DNA of 40,039 nt. Source: an uncultured Polyangiaceae bacterium. Lineage in GTDB: Bacteria > Desulfobacterota > Binatia > UTPRO1. Under the pieces are notes generated by a model that did no database searches, had not been told where the DNA came from, and worked only from the letters and a program-made list of their open reading frames with translations. Positions 27,470 to 37,207 of this stretch are shown piece after piece; the stretch's first letter is position 1; each line of letters begins with the position of its first letter. Made by a program: the position numbers and the translations under genes. Location: positions 1 to 40,039 of the forward strand of contig CAZWAX010000004.1 in NCBI GenBank assembly GCA_964631985.1, in the 5' to 3' direction.

Positions 27470-27538
27470 TCGGAAAGCACGACGGGTGCTGTCCTTTGGG
27501 AAAGCACCGAACGATGAAAGACGAACGACGAACGACGG

Positions 27539-27555
27539 TGCGCCATTCTGGCGCA
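27539..27555 (-). terminator. Hairpin downstream of the methyltransferase
   Basis: TGCGCCA-N3-TGGCGCA inverted repeat about 15 nt after the stop, followed on the minus strand by a pyrimidine-rich (GTCGTTC)n tract. Confidence 0.35.
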
Positions 27556-27569
27556 TCAGGGATGGAAGG

Positions 27570-28493
27570 TCACTTCGTCGCCACGAGGATGCCGTAGAAT
27601 GCGTGCTGGCCGAGTAGCAACTGAACCAAGCGAAACACGGAGTGGGTGTTCCCGTGCGCCTCGGCCGAACGGACGCCGAGGTGGTATCGGGTGAAGTTGG
27701 CCGGGTAGTGCAGCACCGTCGTCAAGAACAATCGCGCGACAGAAGAGGCCACGTGCCACGAAACGTCGTCGAGGCTGACAGATGAGAAGCCGGCCGCTGC
27801 TGCGTCGGCGAGGTGCTCCTCGCCGGTGCGTATGTCCGGAACCGCCCATCCATCGGCCCACTGACGAAGCAAGTACTCGCCCCGTCGACGCAGCGGCCGC
27901 CCCCTCCGCATGCCATCAGCAATCACCAACCGACCGCCGGGGCGTAGCACTCGGGCTGCTTCTGCGTAAAAAGCGGGCGCGTCCGTTGCGTAGCACACGC
28001 TCTCGATCGCCCACAGGACGTCAAAGCTGGCGTTCGGGAACGGCGTCTCCGTGAAGTCCGCGAGCTCAAATACGACCCACTCTGATAGACCTCGAGTCTT
28101 AGCGTAGTCGCGCGCGCGCGCGAGTTGACTCGGAACGACCGTGATACCCGTAACATCGGCGCCACGGTTCTCGGCGAGCCACAGGCTGCTGCCTCCGACG
28201 CCACACCCTGCGTCGAGCACGCGATCCCCTGCGTGTATCTTGGCACGGTCCGCGAGCTCCCGGTTCATGTTCAGGAGTGAAGCGTGGTGACTCAGCGCTC
28301 TCCAGTCAGTGTAGCCAAAGTGCAAAGCGAGGTTGTCATTGTTGATCCAATATCGCTCGTAGTCGCTCCAGGTATTGTCATAGTAGCGGAGGGTTGGCTC
28401 GTGGACGTCCAACACCATCGGCCGCTGCGGTGCGTCCAATGCTGAGGCGACGTCTTCTCCCACAGATGCTTTCGCGGTGTCAGAGGATCTCAT
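27570..28493 (-). CDS. SAM-dependent methyltransferase, tocopherol/sterol C-methyltransferase-like
   Basis: RYYD...LHFGY...VLDAGCGVGGSS...PFPNASFDVLWAIES...EAARVLRPGGRLVIAD. RBS GAGGGAG before ATG 28493; ATG 28418 is an alternative. Confidence 0.9.
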   Translation of the reverse strand: MRSSDTAKASVGEDVASALDAPQRPMVLDVHEPTLRYYDNTWSDYERYWINNDNLALHFGYTDWRALSHHASLLNMNRELADRAKIHAGDRVLDAGCGVGGSSLWLAENRGADVTGITVVPSQLARARDYAKTRGLSEWVVFELADFTETPFPNASFDVLWAIESVCYATDAPAFYAEAARVLRPGGRLVIADGMRRGRPLRRRGEYLLRQWADGWAVPDIRTGEEHLADAAAAGFSSVSLDDVSWHVASSVARLFLTTVLHYPANFTRYHLGVRSAEAHGNTHSVFRLVQLLLGQHAFYGILVATK

Positions 28494-28571
28494 AGGGGCA
28501 AACTCCCTCTTCAAACGCCATCGTTGACTCCCGTGCCATTTCCATGGTGAAGCAGCGAGCCCTGAGCAGTG

Positions 28572-29300
28572 ATGCAGTCCGACGCGACCATAGTCGAAGC
28601 GCGCGGCGTCTCCAAGATTTACCGTCGCGGAACCTGGAATGTGGCCGCGCTTCACGCGATATCGTTCACGGTCCCGCGGCGCAGCACGGTGGCGATCATG
28701 GGTCCGAGCGGCTCGGGCAAGAGCACGCTCCTCAACCTCCTGTCGGGGCTCGACCAGCCGACGGAGGGTGAAGTGTTCATCGCTGGCACACGGCTCAGTG
28801 ATCTCGATCCGGAAGCGGCGACCCGGTTCCGGCGGCGGCACATCGGGTTCGCGTTCCAGTTCTTCAATCTGATGCCCACGATGTCGGCACACCGGAACGT
28901 CACGCTACCGCTCCTCGCCGACAGGCAGCCGCGGGCTGACGCGAACCGGCGGGCCGACGAGGCACTGGCGGCCGTTGGCATGAGTCATCGGGCGGATCAC
29001 CTTCCGAGCGAGCTATCGGGTGGCGAGCAGCAACGAGTGGCCATCGCGCGCGCACTCGTCATGCGCCCCGAGGTTCTGCTCGCGGACGAGCCGACCGGGA
29101 ATCTCGACAGCGCCACGGGTGCCGAAATCCTTGCGCTACTGCGTGAGATGGTCGTGCAGCAGGGGCTCTCGATCGTCATGGTGACCCATTCCGATGCCGC
29201 CGCGGCCATCGCGGATCGCATCCTCGTCATTCGTGACGGCCGGCTCATCGATGGAGCGTCCGCGGAAGCGCGGCACGATGCGAACACCGTTCCTCGCTGA
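28572..29300 (+). CDS. ABC transporter ATP-binding protein, LolD/MacB family
   Basis: GPSGSGKS, IGFAFQFFNL, LSGGEQQRVAIARAL, LLADEPTGNLD and MVTH. Confidence 0.95.
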   Translation: MQSDATIVEARGVSKIYRRGTWNVAALHAISFTVPRRSTVAIMGPSGSGKSTLLNLLSGLDQPTEGEVFIAGTRLSDLDPEAATRFRRRHIGFAFQFFNLMPTMSAHRNVTLPLLADRQPRADANRRADEALAAVGMSHRADHLPSELSGGEQQRVAIARALVMRPEVLLADEPTGNLDSATGAEILALLREMVVQQGLSIVMVTHSDAAAAIADRILVIRDGRLIDGASAEARHDANTVPR

Positions 29301-31860
29301 GCTGCTGCTCCACGTGAGCCTGCCACATTGGCGGGACCACCGGCTCCGGACACTGCTCACCGTGGTCGGCGTTGCGCTCGGCGTTGCGAGCGTCGTCGGC
29401 ATAGCAGACGTCAGCGCCACGGTGCTGGCCTCGTTCCGCCACATGGTTGAGACGATGGGCGGCGGCTGCCCGCTGGAGGTCGTGAGCCCTTCCGGTGGCG
29501 TGCGGGAGGATCTCATCGAGCGGGTCGCCGCCGTTCGTGGAGTCAAAGCAGCGGCGGGAGTGATCGAAGGGTTCATCCCGCTCGTGGATCACCCCGACGA
29601 GACGCTCTACCTCGTCGGACTGGACTTTCTCGGCTCTCCGGTCTGGGAGCAACAGTTTCCGCGTGCCGAGATGGAGATCGAGGACGAGCTCGAGTTCGTC
29701 AGCAAGGTCGATTCCGTCGCCCTTCCGGCGGCGTTCCTCGCTCGCCACGGATGGTCTCGGAACGATACGTTCGCGGTGCTCACTGCGGCCGGGCCGCGCA
29801 CGCTTCGCATCCGTGGCGTGCTGGGTGCGGTAGCACCAGCGCAGCTGTTCGACGGCGCGATGGCCGTGATGGATCTCCCCGCGGCCCAGCGCCTGCTCGC
29901 CCGGGATGGGGAGGTCGACCGGGTGGCGGTGGAGCTGGAGCCAGACGCTGACGTCGACGCGGTACGGCGCGTGCTCGAGACCGAGCTCGGCGCGGGCGTC
30001 GAGGTAACCGCACCCGAAGCCCGCGGCCGACAGGCCGAGCACTTCCTCCTCTCACTGCGCACCATGTTGGCGACGATGAGCGCGGTGGCGATCATCGTCG
30101 GGACACTGATCGTCTTCCACACCGTGGCGGTGTCGGTCGAACAGCGCCGGCGCCAATTCGCCCTTCTTCACGTCGCGGGCGTGAGCCCGCGCATGCTGAC
30201 GTGGCTGTGTCTCACCGAGACCGCGCTTCTCACCGTGGTCGGTATCGTGCTCGGCTTGGGCGGCGGCTGGCTCCTCGGGCGCCTCGGCGGGGGTCTCGTG
30301 GCCAACGTGTCCGAGATTTGGCTGCGCATCGATGTACAGGGAGTCGCACACTCGCGCGCAGGAGAGCTGACGGGGGTCATCGCCGCTGCCGCGTCCGCGC
30401 TCGGGGCGTCGTACGTCGCCATCCGCGCCACCTTTCAGGCAACTACCGTGGAAGCGCTCCGCCCCACACCCCTTCCGGTGCACGAGGGGCACCTGCGGCT
30501 CAAGGGTCTTCTTCTACCGGCCACCCTCGTGGCCGGCTCGTGGCTCATCCTTCTGGCACCGCCCGGTTTGGCCTTTGCACCGATGGTGGCGCTCATCGTG
30601 GGAGCCTGCGTGCTCGGCTACCTGGGTGGGGCATTGATCGCCCCGGGCCTCGTGTTGCTCGCAGGTCTCATCGGCAAGCGCGTGTGCCCGTACGTCGGCT
30701 GGCTTCCCGTTCAGCTCGCGCTCGATAACCTTCCCCGCGACCCGCGCCGTAGCGGCGCCACCGTCGGCACGATCATCGTGGCGATGGCGATCGCAGCCAA
30801 CGTCGCGGGTACGGTCGCCAGCTTCAACGCCGGCATCCTCGACTGGACAGAGCAGCACTTTGCATCCGACTTGATGGTCGGCGCTGGAGCGCGTGTACAG
30901 TTCTTCGGCGGCAACGTCATGGACGTGGCGCTGGCCGACACTTTGCGCGACGTACCGGGGGTCGCGAGCGTGGAACCCTTTCGTGTGCGGCGCATCAGCC
31001 TGAACGGGCGTCCCGTGTTTCTCCAGGGCGTCTCGATTGACGAGCGGCTAGCACGAGGTGGCCTGCCGATGGTCGAGGGAAGCTTCGCCGACGCCGTCGA
31101 CGGCCTGCGCGCAGGGACAGGGGTCCTACTCAGCGACAACCTTGCATTTCGTCTCGGCCTGCATAAGGGCGACACGATCACGCTTTCGACGTTGCACGGG
31201 GATCGCACGTTCCGAGTTGAGGGAACGTACACCGACTACGTCGGCTCGATCGATCTCGGGGCTGTGGTCGTCGACGCGACACAGCTCGTGACCTTGTGGG
31301 ACGATCGGCTGGCGAATCTCTTCCGCATCTGGCTGACCTCGGACGCTGCGCCGGGGGATGTCCGCCGGATCCTGCTCCGGCGTCTCGGCGCGGATCGCGG
31401 TTACTACGTCATCACTGCCGGCCAGTTTCTCGAGCGCATCCGCGGCCTGGTGCGCGGCGTCTTCCACGCGACCTGGACGATGCAGGTCGTAGCTGCGCTG
31501 ATCGGCGTCATCGGCGTGGTAAACGCGCAGCTAGCGACCGTGCTCGATCGCGCAGGAGAGATCCGGACGATGCGCACGATCGGCGTCTCGAGTAGCGACA
31601 TCACCCGGAGTACGGTCGTGGAGTGCGCCCTGCTCGGTGTGCTCGGAGGCCTCGGCGGGGTCGCTCTCGGCACCATGCTGAGCGCCGAGATCGTTACCGT
31701 GGCGCTTCGGCTGCTGACCGGGTGGCAGCTGCCGTTCACCGTCGCGCTCGCGCCGCTCGCGGGCGGCGTGGCGGCTGCGGCGGTGGTCTCCGCGGCGGCA
31801 GGATGGGTACCGGCGCGCGCCGTCGCTCGGCTGGAAGGCGCGCCGATCGCGCTCGATTGA
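29278..31860 (+). CDS. FtsX/MacB-like ABC permease (duplicated, ~860 aa)
   Basis: RLRTLLTVVGVALGVA...SVEQRRRQFALL, then a second half NLPRDPRRSGAT...VLDRAGEIRTMRTIG...GWVPARAV. Its start overlaps the ATPase gene. Confidence 0.92.
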   Translation: MRTPFLAELLLHVSLPHWRDHRLRTLLTVVGVALGVASVVGIADVSATVLASFRHMVETMGGGCPLEVVSPSGGVREDLIERVAAVRGVKAAAGVIEGFIPLVDHPDETLYLVGLDFLGSPVWEQQFPRAEMEIEDELEFVSKVDSVALPAAFLARHGWSRNDTFAVLTAAGPRTLRIRGVLGAVAPAQLFDGAMAVMDLPAAQRLLARDGEVDRVAVELEPDADVDAVRRVLETELGAGVEVTAPEARGRQAEHFLLSLRTMLATMSAVAIIVGTLIVFHTVAVSVEQRRRQFALLHVAGVSPRMLTWLCLTETALLTVVGIVLGLGGGWLLGRLGGGLVANVSEIWLRIDVQGVAHSRAGELTGVIAAAASALGASYVAIRATFQATTVEALRPTPLPVHEGHLRLKGLLLPATLVAGSWLILLAPPGLAFAPMVALIVGACVLGYLGGALIAPGLVLLAGLIGKRVCPYVGWLPVQLALDNLPRDPRRSGATVGTIIVAMAIAANVAGTVASFNAGILDWTEQHFASDLMVGAGARVQFFGGNVMDVALADTLRDVPGVASVEPFRVRRISLNGRPVFLQGVSIDERLARGGLPMVEGSFADAVDGLRAGTGVLLSDNLAFRLGLHKGDTITLSTLHGDRTFRVEGTYTDYVGSIDLGAVVVDATQLVTLWDDRLANLFRIWLTSDAAPGDVRRILLRRLGADRGYYVITAGQFLERIRGLVRGVFHATWTMQVVAALIGVIGVVNAQLATVLDRAGEIRTMRTIGVSSSDITRSTVVECALLGVLGGLGGVALGTMLSAEIVTVALRLLTGWQLPFTVALAPLAGGVAAAAVVSAAAGWVPARAVARLEGAPIALD

Positions 31861-31909
31861 CGGCCGGCTCACCTTCACCTGTGGGCAATCGGACGGACGA
31901 GCGACCGTG

Positions 31910-33469
31910 TCAAAAGGACCAACGCGCTTCGAACGTGAGCTCATCGTTGTCCCGAAACTGTCCGATCATCGAATTCACGGGGCCACCAATCGCGAGATAG
32001 CCGACACGGAAACGCCAGTGGTCACCGAGGCGGTACGATACGCGCGGGTGGACGAACCAGGCGCCCCGCTCCAGCGCGTACACCGCTCGCGTCTCGACCT
32101 CGAGAGCATCACCGAGGAATTGCCGCCGCAGCGAACCGAGGAGGCGGGTTTCGGGATTCGACAACAGCTGACGCGGTCCATCGTCGGTGAAAATAACCTG
32201 GCTCAATTGCAGCAACGGCAGGAAACCGGCGACCCAGTAGTCGATCCCGATACCCCACTCGACGCTGTCGCGATCGGGAGACAGCTCTCCGAGCGGAACC
32301 TCGGCGTGCTCGGTGGCGAGCAACTCGACAGCGTAGCGTGCCACGGTGCTCGGACGGATCACTTCGGCCGCCAGGTCCCGCGCCGCGCGCAGGTAGGGGC
32401 GATTCTGGAAAACCGCCACCTCCGCCCGTATCGTGGCGCCGCCGATCGTCCGTGCGGCGTCGGCCGCCGTCATGTGGATGGTGTCGTGCTCCTGGCGCAG
32501 CACCGTTTCGGCGCGGATCGGCAGCCTGCCCTGGGCGAGTGCCTCCGTGCAGCCGATGCACGACGCAGAAGCGGCGAAGCCGACGTCCGGTCCGGCTTCC
32601 GGTCCCGTGTAGTGCGAGAGGCTCCAGTCGGTTCCGCGAACCGTCCCGGCCAACCGGAACGCGATGCCGCCGGAGTCGAACGTGCGCGGCGGTCGCGAGT
32701 TGGCAGTTCGCAAGTCGATCGGAATCCGCACCGGCCCGTTCAACGGGAAGAGCGGCATGCTGCCCGGCGGGACGCCGGCGATCGCGTTCAGCAGATCCTC
32801 GGCGTCGGTCTCGGTCAGCGCGAGCGCACCCGGAACGATCGCTTGCGGAAACCACCGTTCCCCGACGAGCGGCAGTCGAGAGGGTACGGCGATGGGCAGG
32901 TAGATCAAGCTCGCCCGCAGCTCGCTCAGATCGAACGAAGGCAGCGGCGGGAGCGCATGGGAGAGGGCGATCGCCGGTATGCCGATCTTGCTCTCTTCGT
33001 AGTCTCGGACGATGGGATCGTGGAGGTCGCGCGGCGTCAGTACGTCGCTCGGCGGTACGCCGTCGAGCTTACCCCACGTGAATTTCTGGATACCGGCACG
33101 GATCTGGGTGCGATCCGCGCGCCATTCGACGAACGCCTCGTTGAAGTCGAGCGCGGGCGTCAGGTTCTGAAACGCGTGAACGAAGTTGAAGATACCGGCA
33201 TGGCCGTCGTCGAAGGGTCCGCCGACGCTCGCCCGCAGGGCCGCTTGCGCGCGCAACGCTCGCGCCAGCTGACTCTGGATGCGCAAGAACCCGACCGCTT
33301 GCGGATCCTGCCGCGGTCCGCCGAGGTCGGCCACGGCGAGGGCGTCGAGGTACCCCGAGAGCTTCGTGTTCGCCGCCGCCGGCAGGGCGGGAACCTCCGC
33401 CGCCACGCCGTTCGTCGTCAAAGCTACGACACACAGGAACGCGATCGACGCGGTCGGGGCACGGGTCAC
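31910..33469 (-). CDS. Outer-membrane beta-barrel protein (DUF1302-like)
   Basis: GTG 33469 overlaps the upstream stop; signal peptide; EAFVEW...IRAGIQKFTWGKLDG...DVLTPRD; amphipathic strands; C-terminal barrel signal ELTFEARWSF. Confidence 0.8.
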   Translation of the reverse strand: MTRAPTASIAFLCVVALTTNGVAAEVPALPAAANTKLSGYLDALAVADLGGPRQDPQAVGFLRIQSQLARALRAQAALRASVGGPFDDGHAGIFNFVHAFQNLTPALDFNEAFVEWRADRTQIRAGIQKFTWGKLDGVPPSDVLTPRDLHDPIVRDYEESKIGIPAIALSHALPPLPSFDLSELRASLIYLPIAVPSRLPLVGERWFPQAIVPGALALTETDAEDLLNAIAGVPPGSMPLFPLNGPVRIPIDLRTANSRPPRTFDSGGIAFRLAGTVRGTDWSLSHYTGPEAGPDVGFAASASCIGCTEALAQGRLPIRAETVLRQEHDTIHMTAADAARTIGGATIRAEVAVFQNRPYLRAARDLAAEVIRPSTVARYAVELLATEHAEVPLGELSPDRDSVEWGIGIDYWVAGFLPLLQLSQVIFTDDGPRQLLSNPETRLLGSLRRQFLGDALEVETRAVYALERGAWFVHPRVSYRLGDHWRFRVGYLAIGGPVNSMIGQFRDNDELTFEARWSF

Positions 33470-34272
33470 TGCGGTCCATGCTCCAGTGCTCCCTGGGTGA
33501 AAGCGTCGTCCGATATGTTCTGGTCGAAGCGGACGTCCAGTACTTCGATCGTGGTGCCGCTGCCAACGCCGAGCGTCTCGACGTTCACTCGATAGGCGAC
33601 CGGGATCGCGCCGAACCGTCGAATGTCGCTCTGCGTGATGCGTTTGGCCGCTTCCGTGGCGCTGCGGAAGAGCTCGAGGCGGCGAGGAAACAGGTCGTCG
33701 GTGCCTAGCCACACGACGATCTTCTCGTAGCCGATGTCCTTGCGTTTCGGCGTGAGCTCGATTGCGTGACAGCTGACGCCGTCGACGGACTCGGGGCCGC
33801 GCAGGCTCGACGCTGCCTCCGCCTCGCTCCACGAGTTGATCTCCGTGATGATGTCGAGATCGTGGTAGGTGAGGTCGGTGCCGACGAAGCTCTGGTTGCG
33901 GACGCTCACCGCGATCTGCCGCACGCGCTGGAGCTCGGGGACGTAGAGCCATTGGTCGGCAGCTCGCTCCTTGTGCATGAACGACAAGAATCCCGTGCCG
34001 TCGACCTCGGGCGGCGCCGAGAAGAACAGGATCATCTTGCGCTCGCCCCCGGGGTAGCGCTTTTCGGACATCTCGAGCTCGCGGGTGCGAGTGACGCCGC
34101 GCCGGTCGACGATACGCAGGCGCAGCTTCTGGCGGCGGTCCACCCAATGCTGCGGGCCGTCGTCGAGGGCCCGGCTACGGTCGAGGATCTCGCGCGCCGA
34201 TTCGGCGAAGGCCGGCGCCGCGAGCAGCAGCACGAGAACGGACAGCCCGCAGCATCGGATGGCGAGGCCCAT
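33466..34272 (-). CDS. Outer-membrane lipoprotein-sorting (LolA-like) periplasmic protein
   Basis: Signal peptide. FSAPPEVDGTGFL...DQWLYVPELQRVRQI...SFVGTDLTYHD is the LolA-like (TP0789-type) signature; ends ISDDAFTQGALE. Confidence 0.88.
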   Translation of the reverse strand: MGLAIRCCGLSVLVLLLAAPAFAESAREILDRSRALDDGPQHWVDRRQKLRLRIVDRRGVTRTRELEMSEKRYPGGERKMILFFSAPPEVDGTGFLSFMHKERAADQWLYVPELQRVRQIAVSVRNQSFVGTDLTYHDLDIITEINSWSEAEAASSLRGPESVDGVSCHAIELTPKRKDIGYEKIVVWLGTDDLFPRRLELFRSATEAAKRITQSDIRRFGAIPVAYRVNVETLGVGSGTTIEVLDVRFDQNISDDAFTQGALEHGPQ

Positions 34273-35489
34273 TACGGGTGGACGGTGAGCCTCCCGGTCA
34301 CCGTCAGCACACCCGGACCGGGAAGTGAAGTCGCGCCGTCGATCAACACGTGGCCCGCCTTGGGGAGGCAGAAAACGGAAGCCAGCGTGACGGGCGACGG
34401 GACGTCGACCGTGAGCGGTCCCGCCGGGGTGCCGGTTGCGGTGATCGAGGTGCAGCGCGTCGAATCGCCGCCGAAGCAGCCCGCCGTCGTCTGTTGCTCT
34501 TCGGCGTCGCCGGAGCAGAAGATCCCAGCGTCGTCAGTCTTGCTGGTCGATCCGGTGACCAGCGGACTGAGGTCGATCTCGAAGTCGGGGACCTCGAAGC
34601 TGCCGTCGCTTCCGCCGGGTAAGCAGTCCTTCGAAAGTCCGCTCGGATTGACGGTCGTGCAGGCGGCACCCGCGCTGGCACCGCGATCGCACGTGCCCGT
34701 CTTCGGGTCCGCCGGGTCGGGAGTGCCCGCGTATCCGGTGCACGTCGGGCAAGGTCGATCGGCGTCGGCCGTGATCCACGTGGTCGCGGTGAGCTCGAGA
34801 TTCAGGAGCATGCTGCCGGTCGCGAGGTCCAGGCTTCCGGACGCCGCCGACGCAAAGACCTGGCGGACACAGACCGAGAGGCCGGGAGCGGCGGGGTTCG
34901 GAATCGGGACCGGCGTCCCGAACACGCTGCCCTTCCGGGAACCCTCCACGCCGACCGGAAGACCCGCATCGGGCATACCCGTGACGCGGCAGACGCCCTC
35001 GTCGCAGCCGCTCAGCTCGAGCCGGGTGGTCGTCCCGCCCGGTAATGCGCTCTCCCGATTCGTCGACACGCCGCCGCCGAGCACGAGACCGCCACAGGTC
35101 AGGTGCACGTCATCCGGATTGAGCAGGCGGTCGTCGGACAGGGGCCCCGGCGCGATCTGCCCGCAATCGCCGCCACCCGTGGTGACGGTGAGATCGACGG
35201 ACGACGGTCCCGACGGCTCGTCCACAATGCAGTTCTCGAGGACGAGGAGCCCGGCGGCCTTGCGGAGGACGTTCACGCCGTCCGACACCGTGACCCGGCC
35301 ATTGCCGTCGACGTCACAGCCCGTGCTGGTGCAGGCACCGAGGCCGGCGGCGGCGCGAAGCGCTTGTACTCCGTCGCTGACGGTAACCAATCCGTTACCG
35401 TCCGCATCGCCGCACTCGAGCGCGAAAACGGCCGAGCCGAATACGGCCGTCAGGAGCGCGACGCACGCGGGGATGCCGGCCGCACGCAT
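34272..35489 (-). CDS. Secreted protein: dockerin-like N-terminal domain plus a ~310-aa 14-Cys domain
   Basis: Signal peptide; CGDADGNGLVTVSDG...CDVDGNGRVTVSDG duplicated Ca-binding loops. Its stop overlaps the LolA-like start (TAATG). Confidence 0.85.
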   Translation of the reverse strand: MRAAGIPACVALLTAVFGSAVFALECGDADGNGLVTVSDGVQALRAAAGLGACTSTGCDVDGNGRVTVSDGVNVLRKAAGLLVLENCIVDEPSGPSSVDLTVTTGGGDCGQIAPGPLSDDRLLNPDDVHLTCGGLVLGGGVSTNRESALPGGTTTRLELSGCDEGVCRVTGMPDAGLPVGVEGSRKGSVFGTPVPIPNPAAPGLSVCVRQVFASAASGSLDLATGSMLLNLELTATTWITADADRPCPTCTGYAGTPDPADPKTGTCDRGASAGAACTTVNPSGLSKDCLPGGSDGSFEVPDFEIDLSPLVTGSTSKTDDAGIFCSGDAEEQQTTAGCFGGDSTRCTSITATGTPAGPLTVDVPSPVTLASVFCLPKAGHVLIDGATSLPGPGVLTVTGRLTVHP

Positions 35490-35495
35490 GGGGGC

Positions 35496-37097
35496 CTATG
35501 GATTGACCGTGAAGGTGCCCGCGAGCGCGAGCGCGCCCGGTCCGGGGAGCTTCGCCGGACCATCCACGATCACGTTGTTTGCCCGCGGAACGCAGAACAC
35601 CGACGCGAGCGTCACGGGGGCAGCCTGGCCCGTCGTGAGCGGCCCCGCGGGTGAGCCCGTCTCGGAGATGGCCGTGCACGTGGTCGCGTTGCCTCCGAAG
35701 CATCCCGGCGCCGTCTGCTGGTGGTCCGCGTCGCCCGTACAGAAAATGCCTCCAGCCGCGGTCATGCTGACAACGCCCGTGATCAGCGGGCTCAAGTCGA
35801 CGTTGAAATCAGGTACTGCGAAGCTGAGGTCCGTCCCGCCGGGAAGGCACTGTTTCGAGAGGCCCGCCGGGTTGACGGTGGTACACGGCCCATTGCGATT
35901 CGCGCCGCGATCACACGTGCCGGTCTTCGGATGGGCGGGATCCGCCACGCCCGAATAGCCGGTGCACTTGGGACACGGCTGCCCGAAATCACCCGTGATC
36001 CACGTCGAGACCGACAAGTTGATGTTCAGCGAGGCGTGCCCCGTGTCGAGGTTGAGCGTGCCCGAGGCGTCGGCGGCGAAAACGCTCCGAACGCACGCGG
36101 AGAGACCCGGCGCCGCGGCGTTCGGAATGGGTACCGGCGGGCCGAAAATGCTCCCGGCCTTGGAGCCGTCGATCCCGACCGCGAGTCCGGCGTCGGCGAC
36201 CCCGGTCACGGAGCAGGTGCCGGCGGAGCAACCCGTCAGACCGTAGCGGGTGGTCGCTCCGCTCGGTGAGAGACCCTCGGCATTGAGCGAACCGCCGCCG
36301 CCGATGAGGATCCCGCCACAGGTGAGGTGCACGTTGTCCGGATTGATCGTACGTCCGGCGGGCAGTGGCCCGGGCATGACCGACCCACAGTTTCCGCCGC
36401 CCGCGCCGACCGTCAGGTCGATCGACGACGCCTGCGCCGGGGACGGGGACGGGACCGGGGACGGAATGATCGTCGCGACCGCGCTCGCGACGAAGGCCGT
36501 CGTCTTCGCGAGAACGTCGTTCGCATCACCAGTGGTGGCACAGGGACGCTTCGCCTTGGCTTCGAGCTTGGCGAAACAGCCCTTCGCCGGGGCCACGAAT
36601 TTGGCGATCGCCTTGTTGCGGCAGACGTCGAGCTTCGTCGCGTCCGGCTTCTTGACGTTGATCGCCTCGCAGACGAGGAGGCCTTTCAAGAGGTTGGCGA
36701 CGCACTTCTTCTTGCCCGCGCCGCAGACGTCCTTCACCGCCGCCGGATACGACGGGTCGAGATCGCTGACCACGTCGAGGACGAAGGCTTCCGTCGATGC
36801 CGCGAGCGTCTCAGCTCCGTTCGCGCTGCACGGTGCTTTGCCGTCGAGCTTTTCGATGCAGCCCTTGAGCGGCAGGCTGAACTTGTCGTGTCGGTCTTGC
36901 GTGCATTCGGCGTCCAGAGAGTCGCCGGACTTCTCCGCTACCTGGTGGCAACCGAGTAGGCCCGCGCCGAGCGTGGCGACGCACTTGAGCTTTCCGCTGT
37001 CGCATTTCTGGGGGGTGGCGACGGCGGCGAACACCGCAGGAGCCATGATCGAGAAGACGGCACCGGCGGTGAGTATGCGGACGCTCCTCGTGGTCAT
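35496..37097 (-). CDS. Secreted protein: two helical Cys/Lys-rich repeats plus the same ~310-aa 14-Cys domain
   Basis: Signal peptide; repeats KCDSGKLKCVA.../VCGAGKKKCVA...; PSPVPSPSP linker; C-terminal domain colinear with that of 34272..35489. Confidence 0.87.
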   Translation of the reverse strand: MTTRSVRILTAGAVFSIMAPAVFAAVATPQKCDSGKLKCVATLGAGLLGCHQVAEKSGDSLDAECTQDRHDKFSLPLKGCIEKLDGKAPCSANGAETLAASTEAFVLDVVSDLDPSYPAAVKDVCGAGKKKCVANLLKGLLVCEAINVKKPDATKLDVCRNKAIAKFVAPAKGCFAKLEAKAKRPCATTGDANDVLAKTTAFVASAVATIIPSPVPSPSPAQASSIDLTVGAGGGNCGSVMPGPLPAGRTINPDNVHLTCGGILIGGGGSLNAEGLSPSGATTRYGLTGCSAGTCSVTGVADAGLAVGIDGSKAGSIFGPPVPIPNAAAPGLSACVRSVFAADASGTLNLDTGHASLNINLSVSTWITGDFGQPCPKCTGYSGVADPAHPKTGTCDRGANRNGPCTTVNPAGLSKQCLPGGTDLSFAVPDFNVDLSPLITGVVSMTAAGGIFCTGDADHQQTAPGCFGGNATTCTAISETGSPAGPLTTGQAAPVTLASVFCVPRANNVIVDGPAKLPGPGALALAGTFTVNP

Positions 37098-37207
37098 GTC
37101 CGACCTTCAGGGTCAGTCTGTACTAACCTCTTCCGCGAAGCGTCAAGCAAGGATTCACCGAGAAAGCGCGTCTGATGGAGTCGCGGCGCGATCCATCGAC
37201 CTTCCCT

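Noticed and set aside
27470-27570. Riboswitch or ncRNA in the repeat-rich intergenic region (GGAAAGCAC twice, ACGAACG repeats)
   Set aside because: I could not match it to any riboswitch consensus, including c-di-GMP-I, and it lies upstream of the candidate promoter. An Rfam/Infernal search would settle it.
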